This document shows positions 37,682 through 47,153 of a stretch of DNA of 64,000 nucleotides, one piece after another. Source of the stretch: Acidimicrobiia bacterium. Lineage in GTDB: Bacteria > Actinomycetota > Acidimicrobiia > IMCC26256 > PALSA-555. Positions within the stretch are counted from its first letter, which is position 1. Each line of letters begins with the position of its first letter. Location of the stretch: the NCBI GenBank assembly GCA_038904515.1, contig JBCKKA010000001.1, positions 3,387-67,386 of the forward strand, written 5' to 3'. Under the pieces are notes generated by a model, which was not told the origin of the DNA, did no database searches, and saw nothing but the letters and a program-made list of their open reading frames with translations. A program made the position numbers and the translations under genes.

Positions 37682-39736
37682 ATGAGTCCCCCGCCAGAAA
37701 AAGGATCGGCAGGAAAAGGATCGGCAGGAAAAGGATCGGCAGGCAACCCTCCCGACAAAAACGAGACTTCGGGCTCAAGTTTTCCGCGGTCTAAAGCGTT
37801 GCCATGGATTCTCATTGCCGCTCTCGTGGGAGCCTTTTTTCTAACCAATCTATTTTCTTTTGGCGCGAGTGAGGCCAAGTCGATTTCGTATTCGCAGTTC
37901 ATTGATCGAGTCGAGGCTGGACAAGTAAAAAAAGTTCAATACGACCCCGAGAACGGGGCGTTGTCCGGAAACTACAAACCCAAACAAGGTAAAGCAGTCG
38001 AATTCGCGTCTGAAGGACCGACAAACGATCTGCCCGACGCAACACTGAAACTGCTCAAGAAAAATAATGTCGCGCTTAAATATCAACGCGCGGGATCGAA
38101 CTTTTTCCTTGACTTAATTCCCCTTTTACTTCCCGTAATCCTGATTATTGGTTTTTTTGTATGGATGAGTCGGCGGGCTCAAGGTCAGATGGGTGCCGTT
38201 ATGGGCATCGGGAAAAGCCGAGCCAAGTTATATAACACCGAAAATCCCGCTACTACTTTTGATGATGTCGCGGGGTACGGAACGGTAAAGGCGGAAATTT
38301 CTGAAGTAGTTAACTTCCTGAAGTTTCCCGCGAAGTTTGAAGCCATCGGCGCGCGTATTCCGAAAGGCATTCTGTTAGTAGGGCCGCCGGGAACCGGCAA
38401 GACGCTAATCGCTCGTGCCGTTGCTGGCGAAGCAGGCGTTCCGTTCATTTCGGTTAACGGATCCGACTTCATGGAAATGTTTGTAGGCGTTGGCGCGGCG
38501 CGGGTGCGGGACCTTTTCCAAACTGCCCGTAAGCAATCTCCAGCAATAATTTTCATTGACGAAATTGATTCCATCGGCCGCAAGCGGGGCGCGGGACTCG
38601 GTGGTGGGCACGACGAAAGAGAACAAACTCTCAATCAACTCCTCGCGGAGATGGACGGTTTTGAAGCGACCGAAGGCATCGTCATAATGGCCGCCACTAA
38701 CCGACCCGATGTACTCGACAGTGCGTTGCTGCGCCCCGGTCGGTTCGATCGGCAAGTAATCGTTCCCCTACCGACGCAAGAAGAACGCGCACAAATCTTG
38801 CGGGTGCACATGACCGATAAAAAGATTTCTAAATCAGTCGATGTCAACATCATTGCCCGAGGAACACCCGGTATGTCGGGAGCCGATCTGTCGAATCTGG
38901 TTAACGAAGCCGTGCTCAGCGCGGTTCGACGGGAAGCCGAAACTGCGGAGTCCGAAGACTTCGAGTCGGCGCGCGACCGTATTCTTATGGGGCTAAAACG
39001 CGACTCCATGGTAATTAGCGATGAGGAAAAGGAAGTTATCGCGTACCACGAAGCGGGCCACGCAGTTTTGGCGTACGTGCTTGATCACTCCGATCCCGTG
39101 CACAAGGTAACAATCCTGCCCAGCGGAATGGCGTTGGGAGCCACTCACCAACTCCCTGAAGAAGAGAAGCACATTCATAAACGCGAATATGTAACCGATT
39201 CGATTGTCGTTGCTTTGGGCGGTCGCATTTCAGAAGAAATCGTCTTCGGTCATATATCTACCGGAGCGCAAAACGACCTCGTTCGCGTTACCGAGTTAGC
39301 GCGACGAATGGTTCGCGAATGGGGAATGTCAGAACGAATCGGGCCGATGGCGTGGGGTGCCCAAGGTGCAGTTTTTCTAGGCGAAGACCTAGTCCATACT
39401 CGTGACTACTCCGACGAGACCGCGCGAGTCATAGATGAAGAAGTAGGACGAATCTTGCGAGAAGAAGAGACTCGAGCCCGCAAGATTCTTCGTTCGCATC
39501 GCAAAGGTTTAAATGCCGTTGCTGAAGGTCTGCTGGAGCAAGAAACTCTTAGCGGTGACGATGTGAGTCGAGTGGTCGATAAAGCCATGGGTCGGCGCGC
39601 GGGGGGCTACCGGAAAATCCAACACGCCGACGGCACGGTTACCGAGATGAAGCCGCCATCGACCAACGGAGCCGGCAAGGTACGTAAGCCGGCGGCTAAA
39701 TCACGACCCGCGGGTCGCAAACCCGCCGCCAAGTAG
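37682..39736 (+). CDS. ftsH: ATP-dependent zinc metalloprotease FtsH
   Basis: Start chosen at the ATG at 37682, with AAGGAG 5 nt upstream. Walker [12 protein letters not shown] region, and HEAGHA zinc motif. The track ORF start at 37595 is probably too far upstream. Confidence 0.96.
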   Translation: MSPPPEKGSAGKGSAGKGSAGNPPDKNETSGSSFPRSKALPWILIAALVGAFFLTNLFSFGASEAKSISYSQFIDRVEAGQVKKVQYDPENGALSGNYKPKQGKAVEFASEGPTNDLPDATLKLLKKNNVALKYQRAGSNFFLDLIPLLLPVILIIGFFVWMSRRAQGQMGAVMGIGKSRAKLYNTENPATTFDDVAGYGTVKAEISEVVNFLKFPAKFEAIGARIPKGILLVGPPGTGKTLIARAVAGEAGVPFISVNGSDFMEMFVGVGAARVRDLFQTARKQSPAIIFIDEIDSIGRKRGAGLGGGHDEREQTLNQLLAEMDGFEATEGIVIMAATNRPDVLDSALLRPGRFDRQVIVPLPTQEERAQILRVHMTDKKISKSVDVNIIARGTPGMSGADLSNLVNEAVLSAVRREAETAESEDFESARDRILMGLKRDSMVISDEEKEVIAYHEAGHAVLAYVLDHSDPVHKVTILPSGMALGATHQLPEEEKHIHKREYVTDSIVVALGGRISEEIVFGHISTGAQNDLVRVTELARRMVREWGMSERIGPMAWGAQGAVFLGEDLVHTRDYSDETARVIDEEVGRILREEETRARKILRSHRKGLNAVAEGLLEQETLSGDDVSRVVDKAMGRRAGGYRKIQHADGTVTEMKPPSTNGAGKVRKPAAKSRPAGRKPAAK
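37703..37744 (+). repeat. In-frame 15-nt tandem repeat (about 2.8 copies) in the ftsH N-terminal tail
   Basis: ggatcggcaggaaaa at 37703-37717 and 37718-37732, then a partial copy at 37733-37744. Encodes [14 protein letters not shown]. Confidence 0.92.
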
Positions 39737-39748
39737 AGGCGATAATCG

Positions 39749-40201
39749 TTAGAGAATAACTCCGAGGTCGGGATCAGGAGTAGAACCGGGATCGCGGCAT
39801 TCAGCTAGCGCGGCCCACAACTCAGTGGCGGTAGTTGATCCGACAAACGCGCGACCAACCACTCCGTCGGCATCGACAATCAGCACCATCGGCAATCCGG
39901 CAATTCCGTAACGGTCATGAATATTGCGCTGATGCTCGTAATCGATTTCGCTTACGGCAACTTTTTCTGAAGCCATAGCCATAACCTTTGGCCCAAGATC
40001 TTTACACGCCGCACAAGTAGCAGAAGAAAAATAAGCGACCAACCAGGGCGCTGACGGATTATCAAAGTCATTTCGATTGAGTTGGCGGGGTACAGGAAAG
40101 GCATCGCGAGGTGGCCCGTCGGGAGTACGGCGTTTTAAAATTATCGCCGCCAAAACGGCAATAGCTGCTACTGCTAAGCCGACTAAAAGTTGTATCACCA
40201 T
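39749..40201 (-). CDS. Membrane-anchored thioredoxin-fold protein (CAAC motif)
   Basis: 150 aa. N-terminal TM helix, then the Trx-like WLVAYFSSATCAACKDL and a cis-Pro region GIAGLPMVLIV. Confidence 0.7.
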   Translation of the reverse strand: MVIQLLVGLAVAAIAVLAAIILKRRTPDGPPRDAFPVPRQLNRNDFDNPSAPWLVAYFSSATCAACKDLGPKVMAMASEKVAVSEIDYEHQRNIHDRYGIAGLPMVLIVDADGVVGRAFVGSTTATELWAALAECRDPGSTPDPDLGVIL

Positions 40202-40213
40202 CTAACGAATTCC

Positions 40214-41719
40214 TCAGTTGCGATTACGGCGAACACTGTTTGCGAACGGTACTCCCGGCGCCAGCGAGACCCCTACCCCGATTATCTTGCGTCCCGCGAC
40301 TATTGGTCCATCGGCACCAATTACCAATACTTGATCCGAACCAATTCCTAATTCGACTAAATCGAATATGGCTCGCTCTCCAGGGGCAACTGCACTCGCA
40401 GGTGCACTGCGAGGACTATTGGAATCGCCGGAAACATAAGCGTAGAGCTGGATCGTTAATGGACGAGAACTGGTATTCAGTGCTTCAATCGTCGCGCCCG
40501 AAGTTTCGTTTAAACGCCCAACGGCAAACGCCCAACGGCGAGCCGAGTCGGGCGCGGCTAACAAACTGGCCACTCCGGTAGCTGGAGCCGGCGCGGCCCA
40601 CACCCCTAGCGCTTCAACCACAACGCGCGACGATGTTTTTGAACGAATTTCGAGCGCGTACGGAATACCCGCGGGGGTCTTGGTGCCAAGATCGACCCGA
40701 GTAACTGTGGCGGCCGGCACTTCGATTTGATCAACCAAAACTGAAGAATTGCCACCAAGGAGTGCGCGTATTTTTACTTGAGCCTTCTGGGCACCGAAGT
40801 TAGCGATCGAGATCGACTCAGTTGAACCCGTTTGCACATCGCCGACTGATAGGTACCAGAGTTTTGATGGTTTATTGGTTCCTAGCGACAGGGCCACTCC
40901 GGTCCGAGTATCGGAGCCATCAAAATATTGCGCAACTTCACTGACTACGCGCCCCGTTCGAGCCCGCACCACTACTCCGATCTGGCTTTCGCGACGAACA
41001 GTTTCGTGAATTGGAATTGATACTCGTGAACGACGAGGAATCGATAACGACTGAGTCGAATCGGGAACATCCGTGCCCGATTCGGTTAAGAATTTCACAT
41101 CGACTATGGAATCGTCGTCAAAAGGATTGAATAGTGTCAACCAACTCATGGCCGCTCGATCGGTAGAAACATCAGCGAAATACCACTCGGAATTCGCCTT
41201 GGTGGCACAAGGACTTACGGCAAAATCGCTTCCGCTAGTCACCTCGTGTTCCACTACTGCCCGACCGTCAAATACTTCGACCACAACTCCGACTTCGGGC
41301 GCGGTCACTAAATCTGCGATCTCAACGCGACGCTGTTCGTAAGCCTTAAGTTGATATTGACGACTTTCATCGGCACTTTGCGTTCCGGTCATAACCGTAA
41401 CGGTCGCGGTCATAGGCTTATTCTCCAGATTTCCAATGATCACGGTTTCGGGCGCTCGGCCATCAGGACTGGAAGTCCCCTCTGCGCAGTACCAAGCCGA
41501 GGAGAGTGCATTAGGGGCCGTAATCGTTGCGGCCCCCGAGCCGCCGATAGCGGTGACAGCAACTGAGCTCGAATCACTCGGCACTCGACTTACTGCCACC
41601 GCTCCCGCTATGACCGCAATCGCCGCTATAAATACCGGCACCCGCCGAACCCGAGAACTGGGCGAACTCGTTTTTGCGATTGGGACGAGATCGGATGAGT
41701 AGTTATCCGATCGACTCAT
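40214..41719 (-). CDS. N-terminally anchored, beta-rich extracytoplasmic protein of unknown function (DUF5719-like)
   Basis: 501 aa. A single TM segment follows RVRRV. The rest is Ser/Thr/Val-rich, predicted beta-type sequence. The start overlaps the stop of the upstream GT2 fusion (ATGA). The DUF5719 label is from memory of the conserved GT2-neighbour family, not from a search. Confidence 0.5.
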   Translation of the reverse strand: MSRSDNYSSDLVPIAKTSSPSSRVRRVPVFIAAIAVIAGAVAVSRVPSDSSSVAVTAIGGSGAATITAPNALSSAWYCAEGTSSPDGRAPETVIIGNLENKPMTATVTVMTGTQSADESRQYQLKAYEQRRVEIADLVTAPEVGVVVEVFDGRAVVEHEVTSGSDFAVSPCATKANSEWYFADVSTDRAAMSWLTLFNPFDDDSIVDVKFLTESGTDVPDSTQSLSIPRRSRVSIPIHETVRRESQIGVVVRARTGRVVSEVAQYFDGSDTRTGVALSLGTNKPSKLWYLSVGDVQTGSTESISIANFGAQKAQVKIRALLGGNSSVLVDQIEVPAATVTRVDLGTKTPAGIPYALEIRSKTSSRVVVEALGVWAAPAPATGVASLLAAPDSARRWAFAVGRLNETSGATIEALNTSSRPLTIQLYAYVSGDSNSPRSAPASAVAPGERAIFDLVELGIGSDQVLVIGADGPIVAGRKIIGVGVSLAPGVPFANSVRRNRN

Positions 41720-44700
41720 ACCTCACCCCAAAAGTCATCCAGATCGTCAGTCGGCGAAGGATCGAAACGGGAAGGGCGCTCTCGGCGTTCGGTCTTTGTT
41801 TTTTTATCATTGCGTGGTTGGCGATCCCGACTCTTAAACCACCATCCCAAAACAAATAGCCAGAGCAAGATTTGCAGAATAATGAATAAGTATCGTGGCC
41901 CTTGCCCGCTATGAGTAATCGCGACCGAAGATCGCGACCCGTTGTCCCAACCGTTAACAAGACCGAATGCTTTGCGGTGACGAAGAGTTTTACCGTCGGC
42001 TTGCGCTTTCCACTTCGTATCGAAAGCTTCACTAAGCACAATGGTTCCGGCCGGAACCGGTTTAGACCCACCGACCGGACGCGCTCTAGTGATGTCGTTA
42101 TCTACCGACGAACGCAAAGGATCAATATTGCCCAACGGAACTTCATCGCCAGAGGCTTCGGGAACTACTGCGGACGCAGGAATCCAACTTTGATTTTCGT
42201 AGAGCACTAGCCCAGCTTCCGTTCGTAGTCGGGCGAGATCAAGCTGATCACCCAATGTCGCCTTAATCGCAGGTTGAGGACGGCTCTTCAATCCGCTAGG
42301 CCCATTAAGCATCGGCAAAGCAACATAGCGAATCCCCGATGGCGCGAGCAGATGTCCTAGGCGCTGGGTGTTGTTGTTAACCGCGGAGTTAATGGCCTCG
42401 CTTATCTTGCGATCGGTGTCGGTTTCGGGCGCGCGCAGCAATTGCCGAGCATCGCCAGGTCCATTACGAGTCATCGTCCAACCAAAGTCGCCATCGCTAG
42501 TGAACGGCGTAAACGGAAGAACCGTGGGATCCCCTAACCACAAAATACGAAATTCACCGGTGGAGAGAGCATCTTGAGTAAAGGCCAAAGTGTCGGACCA
42601 CGATCCGTCGGGCGCGCTCCACCTGCCGCTACCGGAGTCACCCAAATATCCAAAGCCGCCCAGCGTTACTCCCGCGATTACAACCGTGAGCAAGATTCCA
42701 CGGACTAGTGGACGAGAAATTCTTTTACCGAGATCACGCGGCTCAGTAACAAGGGCGTCGATGCTTATACCCACCGCGGCTGCGATTCCGATAGCCGCGA
42801 TAGTTAATCCAACTTCGGGAACCAAGAGAGGTTGTTCCGTTCCTATTTGTCCAGGCACCCACGCCACCGCGTAGCCCGCTACCGCGAGAATCCACGATCG
42901 AGTAGCCCACGCCAATCGAGGACCACGAGCAATTAACAGAGAGACAAGAGCCGCGACCAATATTCCCCAAACGGCAATTCCAGCTCCGGCGGGTCCCGAA
43001 TTGAATCGCAGTATTTCCGAAACATCAAAAGTCGACCGATAACCAAGACCGAGATAAGCGCGGTCATCGGCGTTGATACGCAAAAGATTCAATGACCAAG
43101 GAATCAACAACACGATTGTGGCGACAACAGAAATAACTGCCGCGACAATCGCTCGCAGTGATGCGCGAAAACCGCCGACGAAAATTGCTGAGATCAAAAG
43201 GGTCGCCGCGACGAAAACCCCTGCTAGAGCTGCAGGCGGATACCAAGCGGCGGCCAACGCAGTTACTAACGCCAAGCCCAGTAAGGGGCGACGAGACCGA
43301 CCCGCCAATGAGTGGAATCCCGCCGCGCGCACTATCAAAACGATCATGAAAGGCAGTAGTGAATAAAGGATTAACACTCCAAGTCGTCCGCCAGCGATTG
43401 AGTTCCGCCAAACTGGTAACAGCGCATAAACGATGGCGGTAGTTATTGCCGCGGGAATTCCCGACGCGAGCATGCGCATCATTCGATAAGCGCCAAAAGC
43501 GCCGACCACTGCGCTTCCCACCACCACCAAAGTTTCGGCCAATCCGTCAGCGCCAAAAAGAATTGCGGTAAATATCGACATAATCACCAGAACTGGAGGA
43601 GCAAAAGCATCCGAACCGAGGCCGGTATGACGCCAGACCGACGAGAATTCGGTAAGCATTCCGCGAATTCCCGGCCACGGCGAGAACGAACCTACGGCAG
43701 GGACTCCTTGAGTCAACAGGTCGCGTGCACCAAAGACGAATACGATCAAAACCATTACGAGGCCGATGGCTGCCGGCGATCTAAGGCCGTCACTAATTCG
43801 ATCAACCAAACTTCCGACTCGATCTCCAACCGATTCGATCCGTTCATCGGCCTGACTGTGGTCTAAGAATGCATCAAATCGAGAATACATGCCGACTTGC
43901 AACTCGCGTAAATCGGAGTCGTGGATTACCCGCGAACCTTGCGCGGCTTGGCGAGCAGTACGCACCCGACGGAAATGAAAAATACTCCACCACCACGCAC
44001 GAAACTCCGACGACGCAATATATCGGTTATGCGTGGGCAATAAAACTAAGGCTTGGATCGAACTGGCTATCAACCCGATCGGTATCAACCACGCCAGAGT
44101 CAACCGTGAATAGCAAATCATTAAAACTCGCATCCGAGCGCGCGCTATGCCCCGCAAACTCAACTTGTCACCTTTGGACGACTTGCTTTTTTGCGCGTTA
44201 CTTCGAGACGCCGAAACGGTCTCTTCGACTCGTCCCACCGCGTCGGGAGCAACGACTACTCGCGCTCCGATCAACCATGCTCTCCAGCACAAATCAAGAT
44301 CTTCTGAACCTGGCGACGTTTCGGGATCGAACCCGTGGAGGGCGGCGAACAAATCGGCTCTGACAAGAAGAGCCGAACTAGAAACAAAGAAGACATCGCG
44401 CACGCTGTCGTGTTGTTCTTGGTCGACTTCGTTTGGTTCGATACCGGTATGGGAACCTCCAAATCGATCAATCGATCGGCCCACTTCGCGCAAAGTATCC
44501 GGCTCGTCCGCGTTAGCAGGATTCACGAGTTTCGGTCCGACGATGCCGGCATTAGAACGGTAAGCCTCTTCGACCATAATCCGTAAAGCTGAAGGGGCGA
44601 AAACGGTTTCATCGTCGATTAAGAAATAAAAACTTGCCCCCGCTACTGCTCCGAGCGTCTCGTTGACCGCATCCGCGATACCGGTAGCGTTGCTTAACCT

Positions 44701-45015
44701 TCTCGTGATGGCGTCGGGCGCGACAAGACAAACGCGAGGTGAAAGGTCGAACTCCGATCCGGCATCCACTACCAACAAAGTCAGAGCGGGATAATCTTGA
44801 TTGACGATACTGGCCGCTACGGCCTCAAAACTGGGGCCCGGATCGGTAGTAACCAGAACGGCTACAACCGGTGGCGCCTCATTGGTTTCCTCGCGTGCTT
44901 GACGCTCGAACGCGGCGAGGTCGGCAAGAAATGAATCGGGAGCAGAAATCCCCTCGGATGTACTCATGAGCAAAATCAGCATACCGGCGAGGGTCAAGAG
45001 CTCCGGCGACCCCAA
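41716..45015 (-). CDS. Family 2 glycosyltransferase fused to a large multi-TM domain and an extracytoplasmic domain
   Basis: 1099 aa. The N-terminal GT-A domain has VVDAGSE, FLIDDETVF (DxD) and SEDLDLCWRAW, the same DLCWR motif as the WbbL-like GT2 at 50632-51528. It is followed by roughly 12 or more TM helices, a soluble domain and a terminal TM. Confidence 0.8.
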   Translation of the reverse strand: MGSPELLTLAGMLILLMSTSEGISAPDSFLADLAAFERQAREETNEAPPVVAVLVTTDPGPSFEAVAASIVNQDYPALTLLVVDAGSEFDLSPRVCLVAPDAITRRLSNATGIADAVNETLGAVAGASFYFLIDDETVFAPSALRIMVEEAYRSNAGIVGPKLVNPANADEPDTLREVGRSIDRFGGSHTGIEPNEVDQEQHDSVRDVFFVSSSALLVRADLFAALHGFDPETSPGSEDLDLCWRAWLIGARVVVAPDAVGRVEETVSASRSNAQKSKSSKGDKLSLRGIARARMRVLMICYSRLTLAWLIPIGLIASSIQALVLLPTHNRYIASSEFRAWWWSIFHFRRVRTARQAAQGSRVIHDSDLRELQVGMYSRFDAFLDHSQADERIESVGDRVGSLVDRISDGLRSPAAIGLVMVLIVFVFGARDLLTQGVPAVGSFSPWPGIRGMLTEFSSVWRHTGLGSDAFAPPVLVIMSIFTAILFGADGLAETLVVVGSAVVGAFGAYRMMRMLASGIPAAITTAIVYALLPVWRNSIAGGRLGVLILYSLLPFMIVLIVRAAGFHSLAGRSRRPLLGLALVTALAAAWYPPAALAGVFVAATLLISAIFVGGFRASLRAIVAAVISVVATIVLLIPWSLNLLRINADDRAYLGLGYRSTFDVSEILRFNSGPAGAGIAVWGILVAALVSLLIARGPRLAWATRSWILAVAGYAVAWVPGQIGTEQPLLVPEVGLTIAAIGIAAAVGISIDALVTEPRDLGKRISRPLVRGILLTVVIAGVTLGGFGYLGDSGSGRWSAPDGSWSDTLAFTQDALSTGEFRILWLGDPTVLPFTPFTSDGDFGWTMTRNGPGDARQLLRAPETDTDRKISEAINSAVNNNTQRLGHLLAPSGIRYVALPMLNGPSGLKSRPQPAIKATLGDQLDLARLRTEAGLVLYENQSWIPASAVVPEASGDEVPLGNIDPLRSSVDNDITRARPVGGSKPVPAGTIVLSEAFDTKWKAQADGKTLRHRKAFGLVNGWDNGSRSSVAITHSGQGPRYLFIILQILLWLFVLGWWFKSRDRQPRNDKKTKTERRERPSRFDPSPTDDLDDFWGEV

Positions 45016-45148
45016 TATTCGCTTTTCGGAGCAATCGCGAGCAGAGAATTCTCTTGCCGGCTTTTAGCTCGGCTTAGACGCGCTTGCTACTGTTATGCAA
45101 AACCGCTACACTTGATACCACAAGCAAAAATTGGCCCTAAAACCTAAT

Positions 45149-45189
45149 TCCGGCCAGTCAATTCCGGCCAGTCAAATCCGGCCAGTCAA
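45149..45189 (+). repeat. 13-nt core x3 (14-nt period) tandem repeat directly upstream of the Shine-Dalgarno of the 45207 ORF
   Basis: tccggccagtcaa at 45149-45161, 45163-45175 and 45177-45189, with single-nt spacers. This is followed by atAAGGAGtaatccattATG. Confidence 0.95.
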
Positions 45190-45206
45190 ATAAGGAGTAA
45201 TCCATT

Positions 45207-45485
45207 ATGAGTGATCAATTCACCAAAGCCCGTGACGCGGCCGCCACCGCACTAGGAATCGGCGTAATCGGCGCGCAAACTATCGCCGATCAGAGTCGTC
45301 GAATCGCGGCGACTCTCAGTACCCGCATTGAGCCTATTGCCCAAAGAATTCGAGCGGAAGCAAAAAACCGAGTTGAGCAACCCGCACGCGAGTTCATCGT
45401 CTCGGGTACCGCTCAAGCCCAAGCCCTCTTGGGTCGCAATTCGGCTAAGTCAAATAACCCTCAGGCGCGCGGTTCGGCTGGCTAA
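45207..45485 (+). CDS. Small hypothetical protein (92 aa, Ala/Gln-rich helical)
   Basis: Strong AAGGAG Shine-Dalgarno sequence. No Cys, no TM segment and no recognisable motif. Lies upstream of cofD on the same strand. Confidence 0.55.
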   Translation: MSDQFTKARDAAATALGIGVIGAQTIADQSRRIAATLSTRIEPIAQRIRAEAKNRVEQPAREFIVSGTAQAQALLGRNSAKSNNPQARGSAG

Positions 45486-45519
45486 CCGGCGGACGAGTTA
45501 CTGACGCTATCGTTAAACC

Positions 45520-46449
45520 ATGCTGACCGCACTGGCTGGTGGTGTTGGAGCAGCCCGTTTTCTTACTGGGCTGCTCGACGTGGTTCCGGCTGAGCAGGTT
45601 ACCGTCATCGTTAACACGGGCGACGACGACAAGTTTCACGGTTTATGGGTGTGCCCTGATCTCGACAGTGTTACTTACCACTTGAGTGGCAACCACAACC
45701 ACAAAACTGGATGGGGGCTAGCGGATGAATCTTTTCGCACCATGGATGAGCTGGACCGATTTGGCGTACCCACTTGGTTTCGATTGGGCGATCGCGACTT
45801 AGCTACTCATCTTTACCGCAGCGAACGCTTGGCGACCGGTGCTTCTTTAAGCGAAGTAACCGCCGAGATCGCTCAAGCGTGGGGACTAAAAATTTCTTTG
45901 CTGCCAATGACCAACGATCGCGTAGCCACTCGAATTACCGTAGTCGACACTCACGAAGAGTTAAGCCTGCAAGAGTGGTTTGTGTTGGCTCAAAGCGAAC
46001 CGATAGTAGAAGCGGTGCGGTTTGAAAATGCCGATTTTTCCCGTCCGGGTCCAGGAGTCATCGAAGCGCTCGAAGAATCCGAAACCATAATCATTTGTCC
46101 GAGTAATCCAATCATTTCTATCGGCCCAATTTTGGCCGTCCCCAAGATACGAGAAGTGCTCGTGCGGCGACGAGAGCGAGTAGTTGGAGTTAGCCCGATC
46201 ATCGCGGGCCGAGCTGTGCGCGGTCCCGCTGATCGACTAATGGATGCGCTCGGCATGGAAGTTTCTTGCGTGGGCGTGGCTCAGGCCTACCAAGATTTTT
46301 GTGGAACTTTGGTTATCGATTCTCGTGATGCCCATCTTGCTGATCGAATCGATTCATTGGGGGTACGAGTGGTAATTGCCGACACCATGATGAGCAATGC
46401 TCGGGTGACCGCGGCTTTGGCGCGCGAGACGGTTGCTGCGGGAACGTGA
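45520..46449 (+). CDS. cofD: 2-phospho-L-lactate (or EPPG):Fo transferase CofD/FbiA
   Basis: MLTALAGGVGAARFLTGL...VNTGDD N-terminal signature. 309 aa. Followed by cofE. Confidence 0.92.
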   Translation: MLTALAGGVGAARFLTGLLDVVPAEQVTVIVNTGDDDKFHGLWVCPDLDSVTYHLSGNHNHKTGWGLADESFRTMDELDRFGVPTWFRLGDRDLATHLYRSERLATGASLSEVTAEIAQAWGLKISLLPMTNDRVATRITVVDTHEELSLQEWFVLAQSEPIVEAVRFENADFSRPGPGVIEALEESETIIICPSNPIISIGPILAVPKIREVLVRRRERVVGVSPIIAGRAVRGPADRLMDALGMEVSCVGVAQAYQDFCGTLVIDSRDAHLADRIDSLGVRVVIADTMMSNARVTAALARETVAAGT

Positions 46450-47153
46450 CCTTAAGCATTATTCCGATCACCGGCATAGGCCCTATTGAAGCCGGCAACG
46501 AAATAGCGGAGACGATTGCTGCGGGGGCACTTGAGCAAGGAACCCCAATACAGGAGGGCGACTGTTTAGTAGTAACCCAGAAAATTATTTCGAAAGCCGA
46601 AAACCGCCTAGTCGAAATTGACCCCGCCGACAGTGGTGCACGCCAACGACTCATTGAGTCTGAGTCAGTACGGATAGTGCGTCGGCGAGGCGATTTGATT
46701 ATCAGCGAAACCAATCAGGGGTTTATTTGTGCCAATGCCGGTATTGATCTCTCCAATGTTCCCGATGGTTATGCCGCGCTCTTGCCGCTTGACGCTGACC
46801 GTTCGGCTCGGCACATTCGCGACGCGTTACGCGCCCGTTTAGCAATTGATGTGGCAGTAATAATTTCCGATACCTTTGGCCGCCCTTGGCGAACAGGGGT
46901 AACCGATGTCGCGATTGGGGTAGCGGGTATAGCTGCGGTAGTTGACCTGCGGGGATTAACCGACACCTACGGGCGTGAACTCATGGTCACCGAAGTTGCA
47001 ATTGCCGACGAGATCGCGGCGGCGGCCGAACTCGTTATGGGTAAAACTGCTTCCATACCCGTAGCTATCGTTCGGGGAATTGACGCCGAGTGGTTCGGTG
47101 AAGGGAGCGCACGCGATTTAGTGCGAGCACCCAGCGACGATCTGTTTCGATGA
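46446..47153 (+). CDS. cofE: Coenzyme F420:L-glutamate ligase CofE (stand-alone, corresponding to the FbiB N-terminal domain)
   Basis: 235 aa. The GTG start overlaps the cofD stop (GTGA). Family-typical segments are VVTQKIISKAENR, ANAGIDLSN and ISDTFGRPWR. Confidence 0.9.
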   Translation: MTLSIIPITGIGPIEAGNEIAETIAAGALEQGTPIQEGDCLVVTQKIISKAENRLVEIDPADSGARQRLIESESVRIVRRRGDLIISETNQGFICANAGIDLSNVPDGYAALLPLDADRSARHIRDALRARLAIDVAVIISDTFGRPWRTGVTDVAIGVAGIAAVVDLRGLTDTYGRELMVTEVAIADEIAAAAELVMGKTASIPVAIVRGIDAEWFGEGSARDLVRAPSDDLFR

